Source: an uncultured bacterium
Lineage (GTDB): Bacteria > Bacteroidota > Rhodothermia > Rhodothermales > UBA10348
DNA: 64,000 bases
Direction: 5' to 3'
Assembly: GCA_943788505.1 (NCBI GenBank)
Contig: CALSQR010000002.1
Location: forward strand, 569,213-633,212
The notes beneath the pieces are model-generated. The model saw nothing but the letters and a program-made list of their open reading frames with translations. It was not told where the DNA came from and searched no databases. Both the position numbers and the translations under genes were made by a program. The first letter of the stretch is position 1; each line of letters opens with the position of its first letter. Of the stretch, positions 1 to 9,624 are shown piece after piece.

Positions 1-386
1 TCCTTGATGAACGCCTCGTCATCATTGCTGAGGATAAAGGTGAGGCCATCGGATTTGCGGTGCTTTTACCCGATTTGAATTATGCGTTCAAGACGCTTAA
101 GAATGGCCGCCTTTTCCCTACGGGACTATTCAAGCTTCTATTTCTTACTACATCGGGTGTCATTCGGGAAGGCAGATTGCCTTTGATGGGTGTGAAACGA
201 AGCCATCAAGGTCGCGCGATTGACACTCTTCTCGTAGGAGAGGTCGTTCGCAATGGAATAGGAATGGGCATCGAAGGATGCGATATGAGCTGGATTTTAG
301 ATTCCAATCCAGCTATGAAAAACTCCCTCGAAAGTATGGGAGGCTTTAAGGACAAGGAGTACGCCATGTTTGAAAAAGGACTTTAA
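1..386 (+). CDS. C-terminal part of a GNAT-like acyltransferase (gene begins upstream of window)
   Basis: The ORF stays open in frame from position 3 (LDERLVIIAEDKGEAIGFAV...). A GNAT motif-A-like segment VKRSHQGRAIDTLL is present. The stop overlaps the HAD gene start. Confidence 0.4.
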   Translation, partial: LDERLVIIAEDKGEAIGFAVLLPDLNYAFKTLKNGRLFPTGLFKLLFLTTSGVIREGRLPLMGVKRSHQGRAIDTLLVGEVVRNGIGMGIEGCDMSWILDSNPAMKNSLESMGGFKDKEYAMFEKGL

Positions 387-1125
387 GGTGACAAACAAAA
401 ACTGGGACATCCAATTCGTCTATTTCGATTTGGACGATACCCTGCTTGACCATTCGTACGCAGAACATCTTGCACTGAAGGATTTGCACGAGGACGCCAC
501 CCTGCCACTCGTCGCAAGGTCTTTCGGCGACGTCCACCAAGCCTATCGCAAAATCAATCCTGTCGTATGGAAAAAGTACTCTGCCGGTGAGTTCACGAAG
601 GTTCAGGCTAAAGTTGGCCGATTTGAGCAGTTGCTTGGCGCCCTTGATCTTCCATCGCCGCGCTCAAACAGTAACGAGCATTCAGACTCAGCCATCGAAT
701 TAGCAGACCGATATCTGGCATGCTATGCTGATCACTGGCGCCCTATCGATGGGGCTTTTGAGAGCTTTGAGCTAATCGCTGCCTCATTACCCGTAGGCAT
801 TCTGACGAACGGGTTTTCAGAGATCCAACGGGCGAAGCTAAAACGCTTTCCAGAGTTAGCTGATCGTTCTAACGCCCTCGTGATTAGTGAGGAAATTGGC
901 CACCTGAAGCCAGACCTACGACTGTTTGAAAAGGCCGCCGCCGACGCCGGTGTGTCTCCTTCTTCCATCCTCTATGTCGGAGATTCCCTTCACTCCGACG
1001 TAGGCGGCGGCCTAGGCGCCGGTTGGAAGGTCGCCTGGTTTACCGATCAGAGTCATGACTCTGACAATGTGATGACCTTCAAAGAGTGGGACAAATTAGA
1101 TCGCGTCATTGGATTGACTCGCTGA
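370..1125 (+). CDS. HAD-superfamily hydrolase
   Basis: 251-aa ORF with the N-terminal motif FDLDDTLLD (HAD motif I) and later KPD and GDSxxSD motifs. Confidence 0.75.
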   Translation: MKKDFKVTNKNWDIQFVYFDLDDTLLDHSYAEHLALKDLHEDATLPLVARSFGDVHQAYRKINPVVWKKYSAGEFTKVQAKVGRFEQLLGALDLPSPRSNSNEHSDSAIELADRYLACYADHWRPIDGAFESFELIAASLPVGILTNGFSEIQRAKLKRFPELADRSNALVISEEIGHLKPDLRLFEKAAADAGVSPSSILYVGDSLHSDVGGGLGAGWKVAWFTDQSHDSDNVMTFKEWDKLDRVIGLTR

Positions 1126-2102
1126 CCGGGATCCTGCTTTTTAGCCACAAAAATGTTCGGGCAAAAAAAAAGCCGTCCACTTGGGACAGCTTCTTTTCTG
1201 CTCTTGACACGTGAACCTCCCCTGATTTGGTTGCTCCACCTAAGCGGATCGTCCGCATCAGTATGCGGGAGGTTCGAGTCTAGGTTGAAGTCAGTTTCCG
1301 GCGAACCGGATTCTGATAACGCCTGCTCGTGCAGTCAAAGACAATCGTTGCCGATAGTCGTCAATGCCGGTAGCTTGCGCTGTCCTTATCGTATGGGCAC
1401 ACGACAAAGACGAAAACCCACAGGACTTACAGTCGTCGGGATGCCGACCCTTTCGGAATCGGTCGCTCGATGACCGGCGGCGATCCTTGGCCAGTTTGCT
1501 TCCGAAGAAGCACTCGGGCCCTTTCCTGCCACGGTTCCGACGGCAGCGAGTGGAGCGGCTTTTTAGACCGAAGTCTGAAAGCATCCATCGTCCGTCCGTC
1601 AGGTGCTGTGATCTACAGCGTTACGCCGGGACGTTTCGTCTGTTGATCAACTTGCAATTCCTTACCGTATAGTACTACTTCAGCCTAAGCTTTTGTATTT
1701 CCATCCAGCATCCTGTCCCGAACCGGGGATCATCTGCCGTCCGACCTAGCTTCTTGCGAAGCTGATCTTCGAACATCCTCCCGTCCCGTTCAAGGCTCGA
1801 ACCGATTCCTGTACATCGCCCGAAGGCTCTGTTCAATCATCACCAGTCCGAAGGCATCCTGCTTCCCTCCCTTTCGGGTGGGTTGGCTTACCTCATGCAG
1901 CCTAGATACTCAGTCGCGTCAAGGAACGGTGCCGTTAGGCACTGGGAATATTATATGCCGACTACAGAACGGAGTCAACAATAGGAGGGGCTGTTTCCTT
2001 CCACAAGAAATTCACACCACTTAGTGCATAAGTGTGCATAACGCTGCTAATAACTCATCAGACTCTAGGTGGTGGCACGCAAAGCGAGACCCCTAGATGC
2101 GC

Positions 2103-2135
2103 AAAAAGCCCGGTCTGTTCAGACCGAGCTTTTTG
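2103..2135. terminator. Bidirectional rho-independent terminator (A5-hairpin-T5)
   Basis: aaaaagcccggtc...gaccgagcttttt; the stem arms are gcccggtc and gaccgagc, flanked by an A-run and a T-run. Confidence 0.55.
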
Positions 2136-2321
2136 GTGCCCATAGTCACTACGCGACTGAGCGCTTCCATTGGGAAACGCAATCTCAGGCGGCATGAGTA
2201 AAAGCAAGATACGCAGGACGATTTCGAATTACAACAATACAATAACGGTCATAAATGCAAAATCGCTGTTTACCAACAAGCAGCCTCACAATCCCTCGAC
2301 ATCCTGCTACCGCAATAACGG

Positions 2322-2966
2322 TTAAAATCCGATCTGGCGAAGGAAGGTACCTAGCGCAGTAGGCTCCAGAAGTAGGGTTATAATTAGTCCACCAATCGCT
2401 CCGCCGAGATGTGCTTCATGAGCCACTCGACCTATACCCCCAGTTTCCCGTTTACGCATTGCCATCACTGAAAAGACAATGAAACCTAACGCAAACAGCC
2501 AAGCGGGAATACCAACGGCAAAAAACAAATAGATCCGCTGAAAGGGGTGGAACAGGCAAAAAGAAAACAACAGACCTGAAATAGCTCCTGAAGCTCCTAC
2601 AGCTGAGTATCCTGGCGTATCGCGATGCATCCACAGGGTAAGCGCATGGGCTGAGAGTTCAGCTCCAAAGTACACAGCAAGAAAAAACAGAGATCCGATT
2701 CGTGCTTCGAGGACTGGACCAAAGAAAAATAGCGTAATCATGTTGAAGGCAAGGTGCCCCAAACTCCCGTGCACAAAACCTCCAGTGATCATACGGTACC
2801 ATTCCTTGTTCTCCGTAATACGCTTAGGCGTGAAGGAGAGCTTCTGAATCAGTGCCTGATCAAAGTAGAGAGCATAGCCACTCACTAGAACATTGATAAG
2901 CAGTAGGAAGAGCGTGAAAGGGGTATCGTAAAACAAGGGGGCGTACCTAAGGTGATGATGCTTCAC
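2322..2966 (-). CDS. Rhomboid-family intramembrane serine protease
   Basis: 214 aa with multiple TM segments. GxSG-like motif (GASGAISG) and the conserved His region AHLGGAIGG. Confidence 0.8.
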   Translation of the reverse strand: MKHHHLRYAPLFYDTPFTLFLLLINVLVSGYALYFDQALIQKLSFTPKRITENKEWYRMITGGFVHGSLGHLAFNMITLFFFGPVLEARIGSLFFLAVYFGAELSAHALTLWMHRDTPGYSAVGASGAISGLLFSFCLFHPFQRIYLFFAVGIPAWLFALGFIVFSVMAMRKRETGGIGRVAHEAHLGGAIGGLIITLLLEPTALGTFLRQIGF

Positions 2967-3032
2967 GATGTACGTCGAACAATCCTTTCTTGATTCGTCA
3001 ATCTCTTCTCCGGGCGCATCGTATTCGGGATC

Positions 3033-3761
3033 TCATGTAGATAACGTTTCACTGTAGCGCTTCCGATATTTCTCCTGGACTAGTGCTCTAAACCGAGCAT
3101 ACCTCATCCTGAGGGCCGCCTCTGTGCAACCCGTGAGTTCCTCGATTTCCCGATACGTCATGGGATGTAGACCGGTACGATACATGATAAGTCGTTGCGT
3201 CAGATCATCGGCTTGCCCTATACAGGCCAGTGAAAAACGAAGTTGCTCCATTTGCTCATCGTTCAACGACTCAAATACTCTACCGTTAGGCAGGCTAGTA
3301 TTCCATGAGGAATCGACCATAGACTCCTCATTCATTCCCAAATCGGTCCAGAGTGACTCCCGGCCTTCCCGTTGACGCTTTCGCTTGAGGAAACGGAAAA
3401 GATTATTGCGGCACATTCTGCGTACGTAATGCTCATGGTTTCTGATTTTTTTCCAGTGTCGCTGAAACTCTAAGAGTGTCTCGCCGGCAAGATCTTCAGC
3501 TTCTGTATGCGTCAAAATGGGTTCGCGGCGAGCGCGCGAAGTATAGTAGTCCGATGCATATGTGTACACGATCAAAAAAAGCTCATCTCTTTTTAGCGTG
3601 TTCGCTGATCCGTACGACGCCAAATCATGTATGTCGTTGGGCTCGTCGTTTCTCGGATGAGCAGGACGGTCAGGAGCCTTTTTAGAATGGGACAGAGAAC
3701 GAGATGACCAACTTTGAGGGAAACATTCCATGGTCGAATGGTGGGATTTGGGAGTCTTCAC
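3033..3761 (-). CDS. ECF-type RNA polymerase sigma-70 factor (with N-terminal extension or a later start)
   Basis: Region 2 reads AEDLAGETLLEF...RNNLFRFLKRKRQRE. Region 4 HTH reads MTYREIEELTGCTEAALRMRYARFRAL. Confidence 0.75.
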   Translation of the reverse strand: MKTPKSHHSTMECFPQSWSSRSLSHSKKAPDRPAHPRNDEPNDIHDLASYGSANTLKRDELFLIVYTYASDYYTSRARREPILTHTEAEDLAGETLLEFQRHWKKIRNHEHYVRRMCRNNLFRFLKRKRQREGRESLWTDLGMNEESMVDSSWNTSLPNGRVFESLNDEQMEQLRFSLACIGQADDLTQRLIMYRTGLHPMTYREIEELTGCTEAALRMRYARFRALVQEKYRKRYSETLST

Positions 3762-3926
3762 TAGTCCTTTTATTCATAGACACACGCGGACCCCTTGCAT
3801 AACCACACATTCTGTCAGACCATCCGATATCTGGGAAACCCGGCTACAACTCGAGTGGGGTTTTTCCCATTGTGTGTTTGACGGACGCAGGCTACTCTAA
3901 AGTAGATCTTCCATAGAGGTAACATC

Positions 3927-4388
3927 ATGAAACTCCTTTTCGCTACCGATCTCGCAGAACCAAGAAGCGTAACCGACCAGATTCAACGTCTAGCATTAAA
4001 ACTGGAGGCTGAGCTGTTCGTCCTGCATGTACACATCCCCACTCCGACTACGCCGCTTGGCGTAGATCCGCTGAGCGGTTTCGGAGAGGTTGCGTATGCG
4101 TTGTACGATCCGGCCGTGGAAGAATCCACCGTGGAGGCTGAACGACACGACTTCGACACGTTTGTAAAAGATCGATTCAGCATGACTGTCAGACCTGCCC
4201 TGCATGAGGGGGATCCGGCTAGAGTCATTCTAGATGATGCGGAGCGCTTAGACATGGACATGATCCTGCTTGCCAAACGTAGACATTCAGCCATTGAAAG
4301 AATGCTACTTGGGTCAGTTACCAATACGGTAGCTCGAGAGGCCAAACAACCTGTCATTCTGCTACCTATCCACGAAGAGAAGTCCTGA
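3927..4388 (+). CDS. Universal stress protein (UspA family)
   Basis: 153 aa with an Usp fold pattern. The C-terminus has the G-x2-G-x9-GS-like segment LLGSVTNTV. Confidence 0.8.
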   Translation: MKLLFATDLAEPRSVTDQIQRLALKLEAELFVLHVHIPTPTTPLGVDPLSGFGEVAYALYDPAVEESTVEAERHDFDTFVKDRFSMTVRPALHEGDPARVILDDAERLDMDMILLAKRRHSAIERMLLGSVTNTVAREAKQPVILLPIHEEKS

Positions 4389-4411
4389 CCCCGATACGGA
4401 GTAGGAATGGC

Positions 4412-6403
4412 TTACTGCCGCCCATCCTGACTGTAATCCTTCCAGGAAACCGTTGCGTCATCCAGGAAGTCAATGAATTCAGAGATGCTCATCAACGCAC
4501 TCTGCCTGGCAATCAATTGCCGATCAGATGGTCTGGCAATCGCATACGTCGGTAAGGCGGGCGTACCGGTTAAAGCCATCTGGAACGCGTGAAAGCCGTC
4601 TCCTTTTTCCAGGTCGTCTGTGTAGAGTCGTAAAGGCACGAACGATTCTGTTAATCGACGTTTTACCTCGGGCTCAGGGAACACGTTTGCTTCCATATCC
4701 CGGCAATTAGTGCACGTCCAGCCTGAAAAATCAACCATAACTGGAATGCCGCGACGATCCGCTTCGGCAAATGCGCCTTCGATATCATCGACGAACCAGC
4801 CTTCATCATGATTCTCGTCAGCCGCATCCACCCCAAGCATAGTTAAAAAGCGCGTATCAGCTGCCTGTCGTGGTGGAAGGTAGGCGTCAAGAGACCCCAA
4901 AGACTTGCCGATTAGTCCTGGCATCATCCAGATAGCAAGACCGAAAATGCCTACAGCTAGCACTCGGCGAGCGGGGCCTGGACGCTGTTGTGGACCATCT
5001 CCATCCAAGCGAAGCCATCCCCAGAGATAGGCTCCTGCCAGCAAGAAGAACAGCACTACTAGTGCAACACCCAGTGTCCTTGGGAGCACGCCCAAGCGCC
5101 AAACTAAATCTGCGTTCGATAGGAATTTTACGGCAGCTGCCAGTTCCACAAACCCGAGAACGACTTTCATCGAATTCATCCAGGTCCCAGACTTCGGCAA
5201 TCTGTCAAGTGCTTTGGGGAAAAGTGCTAGTAGTACAAAGGGTAGAGCAAACGTTGCACTATAGACCATCATACCAAGGAGCGGGTAGATCCATGTCCCC
5301 ATCGAGGCCGCTGCCAACAAACCGCCAACGAAGGGTGCTGTGCACGAGAATGAAACGAGGGTTAGAGTAAGCCCCATAAAGAGTACGCCTGCCCATCCTT
5401 GCTCTTCTCCACCTCGCGCATTGATCCATGTCAAAATTGATGATGGAACACGTATTTCGTAGAGCCCCAAAAGAGATAGCGCAAAACCGACCAGCACAAA
5501 CGCAATAAAAAGGTTGACCCACGGATTAGCAGCAATACTTTGTGCGCCTGCAGCCCCTACCAGAACCGCCATGGCGATTCCGATAGCGGTAAACGTCGCC
5601 ACAATGGATAACCCATATACAATGGCCAACTTCACTGCCCGTGACCTCGAGTGGCCTTGCTTGGTGAAATAAGACACCGTCAGGGGTATCATTGGGAATA
5701 CACACGGGGTTAACAGGGAGGCTAATCCTGCGCCAATAGCGAGCAAAAGAAATGGCAACAGACCACCCGAGCGGTACGTGTCGTAATCAGAAGGTGATGC
5801 AACCAAACTGACCTGTCGAGTACGGGCAATATCCTCTGGAGCCGCTGTACAAGCTATACATGTCGGGTCAATAGACAGCGACGTATGTACTTCCATGATC
5901 GTGGGACGCAGGCAGACTCCAATCTCGTCGTTACATAATTGGAAGCGCACATCTAATGGGATGTCAACCGTGGCGGTCAGCGAATCAGTCGAAGTGACTG
6001 CTGTATAGAATGTTGCCTCCCCATAGAACCAAAGTAGATCCATTTCGAAAATTGGATCTCTACCTTTTTTTGGTCCTGCCTGCCCGATCTGACCAGACCA
6101 TTCTATACCAGAGATTGAGTCTGGCATAGACATAGTAACTCCGACTGGACGAGTCAGAACATCTTCCAAGGATGGTAACGAAGAATCCAATGCGTACATC
6201 TTCCAGTCATCCGCTACGGTTGCTGTCAGTTTAATGACGCTGGTGCCGCCAGCTCCAATGTTGGACGGGACCGGTCTAGACGACCACGACACATATTCTT
6301 CGGGCCCCTTGATGTCTGGTCCAAATTGGGCATACGCTAAGCTCATTGGCAGTAGCACAACCAATAGAGATAGACTCTGGAATGATCGAAGAAGTCGAGC
6401 CAT
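4412..6403 (-). CDS. dsbD: Thiol:disulfide interchange protein DsbD (cytochrome c biogenesis transmembrane protein)
   Basis: 663 aa with an N-terminal signal peptide. The central multi-TM core contains CVFPMIPL. The C-terminal thioredoxin-like domain has a CxxC motif (CTNC). Confidence 0.8.
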   Translation of the reverse strand: MARLLRSFQSLSLLVVLLPMSLAYAQFGPDIKGPEEYVSWSSRPVPSNIGAGGTSVIKLTATVADDWKMYALDSSLPSLEDVLTRPVGVTMSMPDSISGIEWSGQIGQAGPKKGRDPIFEMDLLWFYGEATFYTAVTSTDSLTATVDIPLDVRFQLCNDEIGVCLRPTIMEVHTSLSIDPTCIACTAAPEDIARTRQVSLVASPSDYDTYRSGGLLPFLLLAIGAGLASLLTPCVFPMIPLTVSYFTKQGHSRSRAVKLAIVYGLSIVATFTAIGIAMAVLVGAAGAQSIAANPWVNLFIAFVLVGFALSLLGLYEIRVPSSILTWINARGGEEQGWAGVLFMGLTLTLVSFSCTAPFVGGLLAAASMGTWIYPLLGMMVYSATFALPFVLLALFPKALDRLPKSGTWMNSMKVVLGFVELAAAVKFLSNADLVWRLGVLPRTLGVALVVLFFLLAGAYLWGWLRLDGDGPQQRPGPARRVLAVGIFGLAIWMMPGLIGKSLGSLDAYLPPRQAADTRFLTMLGVDAADENHDEGWFVDDIEGAFAEADRRGIPVMVDFSGWTCTNCRDMEANVFPEPEVKRRLTESFVPLRLYTDDLEKGDGFHAFQMALTGTPALPTYAIARPSDRQLIARQSALMSISEFIDFLDDATVSWKDYSQDGRQ

Positions 6404-6434
6404 GGCGTGTTATTAGGCAAGGGGTTAAAACGAG

Positions 6435-6476
6435 AACAGGGTATCCGCGGACGTCACCGTCAACGAATACCCTGTT
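6435..6476 (-). terminator. Hairpin downstream of rplI (putative terminator)
   Basis: 10-bp inverted repeat aacagggtat ... ataccctgtt; a T-run follows on the minus strand. Confidence 0.35.
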
Positions 6477-6508
6477 TCAAGGTTGCCGGCAGTGCCGGTT
6501 GGTTGCGC

Positions 6509-6964
6509 TTAGGCGCTTGCCGTTTCAGGCTCGACGCGAATCTTAATCTCTGCAACCACTTCAGGATGGATCTTGACCGAGGCCGTGAACACACCTGTGT
6601 GCTTGATATCTTCAGAGAGCTCCACCTTACGGCGGTCAACGTCAATACCGTGGGAAGCAAGGCCTTCCGCGACCTGAGCTGCTGTTACGGAACCAAAGAT
6701 GCGATTCTCTTCGCCAACTTTTGCAAGGATGAGAACTTCGACACTGGCCATTTCCTTGGCGAGTGCTTCCGCGTCTTCCTTTTTCTTGGCAATCTTGCGT
6801 GATGACTGACGACGTTCTTCCTGCCAAGCTTTCACTACGTTGCTCGTAGCGATGCGGGCGAATCCACGGGGGATCAGGAAGTTGCGACCGTATCCGTCCT
6901 TGACGGTAACGATGCTGCCTGCTTCACCCAGGTTATCGACGTCTTCAAGAAGAAGTACTTTCAT
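6509..6964 (-). CDS. rplI: 50S ribosomal protein L9
   Basis: 151 aa, MKVLLLEDVDNLGEAGSIVTVKDGYGRNFLIP is the canonical L9 N-terminus. Confidence 0.9.
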   Translation of the reverse strand: MKVLLLEDVDNLGEAGSIVTVKDGYGRNFLIPRGFARIATSNVVKAWQEERRQSSRKIAKKKEDAEALAKEMASVEVLILAKVGEENRIFGSVTAAQVAEGLASHGIDVDRRKVELSEDIKHTGVFTASVKIHPEVVAEIKIRVEPETASA

Positions 6965-7004
6965 GATACTGTCGGGCTGTGACGGAGGGACCGTCCGTTA
7001 CGGA

Positions 7005-7211
7005 TTACTTGAGTGAGTCGGCGACAAACGGAATCAGGGAAAGATGACGAGCACGCTTGACTGCGCGTGTCAGCTGACGCTGGAATTTCGCTGAAACGTT
7101 AGTTATGCGGCGAGGCAGAATCTTGCCCTGCTCATTCAGATACCGCTTCAGCAGATCCGTGTCCTTGTAATCGACGTAAGCCGGCTCGACGAATTTTGAG
7201 TTCGATGACAT
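7005..7211 (-). CDS. rpsR: 30S ribosomal protein S18
   Basis: 68 aa; contains the S18 signature [41 protein letters not shown]. Confidence 0.9.
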   Translation of the reverse strand: MSSNSKFVEPAYVDYKDTDLLKRYLNEQGKILPRRITNVSAKFQRQLTRAVKRARHLSLIPFVADSLK

Positions 7212-7215
7212 ATTC

Positions 7216-7632
7216 TTATTCAGTCTCTTCGGTTGCTGGTTCAGGAGCAGATTCAGGAGCAGGAGCAGGAGCAGCGGCTTCTTTAGCTTCAGCTGCGCGT
7301 CGTGTTTTCGACTCCTCGTAGTGACGGATCATTTTCGCATCTAGACGCAAGGTCATGTAACGAAGAATGTTGTCGTCGATTTCCAGTGTGCGTTCCAGAC
7401 GCGGGATGAGCGTGCCGGCTGAACGGAAATACATGTTTACGTAGTATCCGTTGCGCTTTTTCTGGATTGGAAAAGACAGGCGGCGTGCGCCCCACTCGTC
7501 CACTTCGATGATGTCACCACCGGCATCCGAGATGTAAGTAGTAATCCGGGTAACCAGATCTTTTACCTGCTCGTCGGAAATAACCGAATTGACGATGTAC
7601 GTCAGTTCGTATGTGTTTTGTGTTGTAGCCAT
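7216..7632 (-). CDS. rpsF: 30S ribosomal protein S6 (with acidic/PA-rich C-terminal tail)
   Basis: 138 aa starting YELTYIVNS..., an S6 fold. It lies directly upstream of rpsR. Confidence 0.9.
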   Translation of the reverse strand: MATTQNTYELTYIVNSVISDEQVKDLVTRITTYISDAGGDIIEVDEWGARRLSFPIQKKRNGYYVNMYFRSAGTLIPRLERTLEIDDNILRYMTLRLDAKMIRHYEESKTRRAAEAKEAAAPAPAPESAPEPATEETE

Positions 7633-7830
7633 AGATCCCCTTGGATGTTGATGGGCTATGCCCCGCGACTCAGACCTGTCTCAGTCCATCGTGCGGAACA
7701 GGGATTGTACAGAATTACAAAATACGGCAGTGGTATACGATATCCACTAGCACGAGCCCAATTCGCCGAATCTCAACAGCAACCTACATTTCAGACTGGG
7801 ACGCAAAGCCCAATTGAGGCTGCCTTATTC

Positions 7831-8907
7831 CTACATATTGGCCAAACGATCAGCGTTTTCTGCCGTTCGTAGTGCTTTAAGGATATCGTCAATATCGCCG
7901 TTCATGACCTTCTCAAGCGCGTGATTCTTGTCATCGCCTTCCAATCTATGGTCAGTCACGCGCCCTTGGGGCCAATTATATGTCCTGATCTTTGCACTTC
8001 GGTCCCCTGTTGATACTTGCGACTTGCGTGCTTCACTTCGCTCAGATTCAATCTTCGCAAGTTCGAAGTCATACAGCCTAGATCGAAGAACACGCAGTGC
8101 TTTGTCCTTGTTTTTATGCTGACTCTTTTCGTCCTGACAGGTCACAACAAGTCCGCTTGGGATGTGCGTAATGCGGACAGCTGAGTCCGTAGTGTTGACG
8201 CTCTGCCCACCTGGGCCACTCGAGCGGTATACGTCGATCTTTAGATCATTTGGATGAATGTCGACATCTACTTCTTCCGCTTCAGGCAGGACGGCCACAG
8301 TGGCTGCCGATGTGTGGATTCTACCGCTCGACTCGGTCGCTGGAACGCGCTGAACGCGATGAACTCCAGACTCGTATTTCATCATACCAAACGCATCGGG
8401 TCCGCTGATACTGAAGACGATTTCCTTAAATCCTCCTTGCGTGCCAAGGCTAGTGCTGATCAACTCGGTCTTCCATCCCATTCGTTCCGCCACTCGCTCG
8501 TACAATCGGTATAGATCGCCAGCAAATAGAGCCGCTTCGTCTCCACCCGTACCAGCTCGTATTTCTATGATGGCATCCTTGGTGTCTTCGGGGTTCTTAG
8601 GGATGAGCATTAACCGAAGACCCGTCTCCATTCCAGGGAGGCTTGCCTGAAGCTCCTCCAATTCTGCTTTGGCCATCTCAACCAAATCATCTTCCTCACC
8701 GGAGGCAGCAAGTTCTTTCAGGTCATTGATCTCGTTGACCTGACCGAGATAGAGATCAATTTTCCTTACCACCTCCTTAAGAGATGAGTGCTCCCGGCCC
8801 AGATCCGCCATACGACGGGGATCCGTAGCTACTTCAGGATTCGACATTTCCTGATTTATATCCGCGAAACGACGTCGGAAGCTTTCGAGAATGTCAGGAT
8901 TGATCAT
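7831..8907 (-). CDS. prfA: Peptide chain release factor 1
   Basis: 358 aa with the GGQ motif (SGPGGQSVN), a PxT-type tripeptide (PAT) and the RF1 core sequence. Confidence 0.9.
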   Translation of the reverse strand: MINPDILESFRRRFADINQEMSNPEVATDPRRMADLGREHSSLKEVVRKIDLYLGQVNEINDLKELAASGEEDDLVEMAKAELEELQASLPGMETGLRLMLIPKNPEDTKDAIIEIRAGTGGDEAALFAGDLYRLYERVAERMGWKTELISTSLGTQGGFKEIVFSISGPDAFGMMKYESGVHRVQRVPATESSGRIHTSAATVAVLPEAEEVDVDIHPNDLKIDVYRSSGPGGQSVNTTDSAVRITHIPSGLVVTCQDEKSQHKNKDKALRVLRSRLYDFELAKIESERSEARKSQVSTGDRSAKIRTYNWPQGRVTDHRLEGDDKNHALEKVMNGDIDDILKALRTAENADRLANM

Positions 8908-9164
8908 TGTCAGGGGAGTGATGAAGAAGGGCGATGTACGCGAGGTGGGGAAATTGGTTCAGGTCGAAACCTTGGATCAAGGTGAGACAGGAATTCGCAC
9001 TCTGAGACTCGAAATTCTGGAAATTTTATGGATTGATACGCAAAAAAGGGGAATCCCAACGTAATCCTCTTTGTGTCCGGTCCAAATTCTGAACTGGCAC
9101 GCTTTGTGCAATACGCAGATCGTCTGGACATCCGCTCACCGCCTACCTCGTATTTCGACGCGCC

Positions 9165-9560
9165 ATGCTCGCATCTCCCTACTACCGGATAACCACCAAC
9201 AACTCAGTTCGTGGAATCATCCTTTGGATGGTGACTTGTTTCACCGTTTTCTATGTCATTGACGGACTCGCAACGCGACCCAAAGGGGTTGAGGTTGAGA
9301 AATTCCGAAAAATGGGAATGAATGATGAGCAGGTATTGGCGATGGCATTGCAGAAGGCGAATGAATCAACGGAAGTAATGTGGTGGATCAACGACCGGGA
9401 AACCTACCTCGTATTTGATACGACCCGTGACTACCGAATCAGTGAGGCAACTCTCGTCGCCTTTGATTTAAAACTTGATCGGCGCAACGAATGGGGTATT
9501 GAGTCATCGACTCCCATCGCAGTATTCCGTCAAAAGGCAGCAGGAATCAGAGCCCCATAA
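9165..9560 (+). CDS. Hypothetical small protein
   Basis: 131-aa ORF with no recognisable motif; it may be a spurious call. Confidence 0.2.
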   Translation: MLASPYYRITTNNSVRGIILWMVTCFTVFYVIDGLATRPKGVEVEKFRKMGMNDEQVLAMALQKANESTEVMWWINDRETYLVFDTTRDYRISEATLVAFDLKLDRRNEWGIESSTPIAVFRQKAAGIRAP

Positions 9561-9624
9561 AGTTGGACGTGCATATCGGTCACATTCGATAGACCCAAGC
9601 ATGCAGCCTGCCTTCTCCCGCCAA

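Noticed and set aside
60-386. 108-aa ORF as a complete gene starting at 60
   Set aside because: The frame is open to the window edge, so this is the 3' end of a longer gene.
1150-2100. Possible tmRNA or RNase P RNA in the long intergenic gap
   Set aside because: I searched by eye for the tmRNA tRNA-like 3' end (GGTTCGAxTCC ... CTCCACCA), a tag reading frame ending in AA-stop, and RNase P P4 motifs (GGAAAGTCCGGGCTCC, ACAGAACCCGGCTTA). Only weak partial resemblances turned up (GACGAAAAC, GATTCTGA, GGAAAGGGCCCGAG on the minus strand), not enough to call either RNA. The region is kept as a finding, not a feature.
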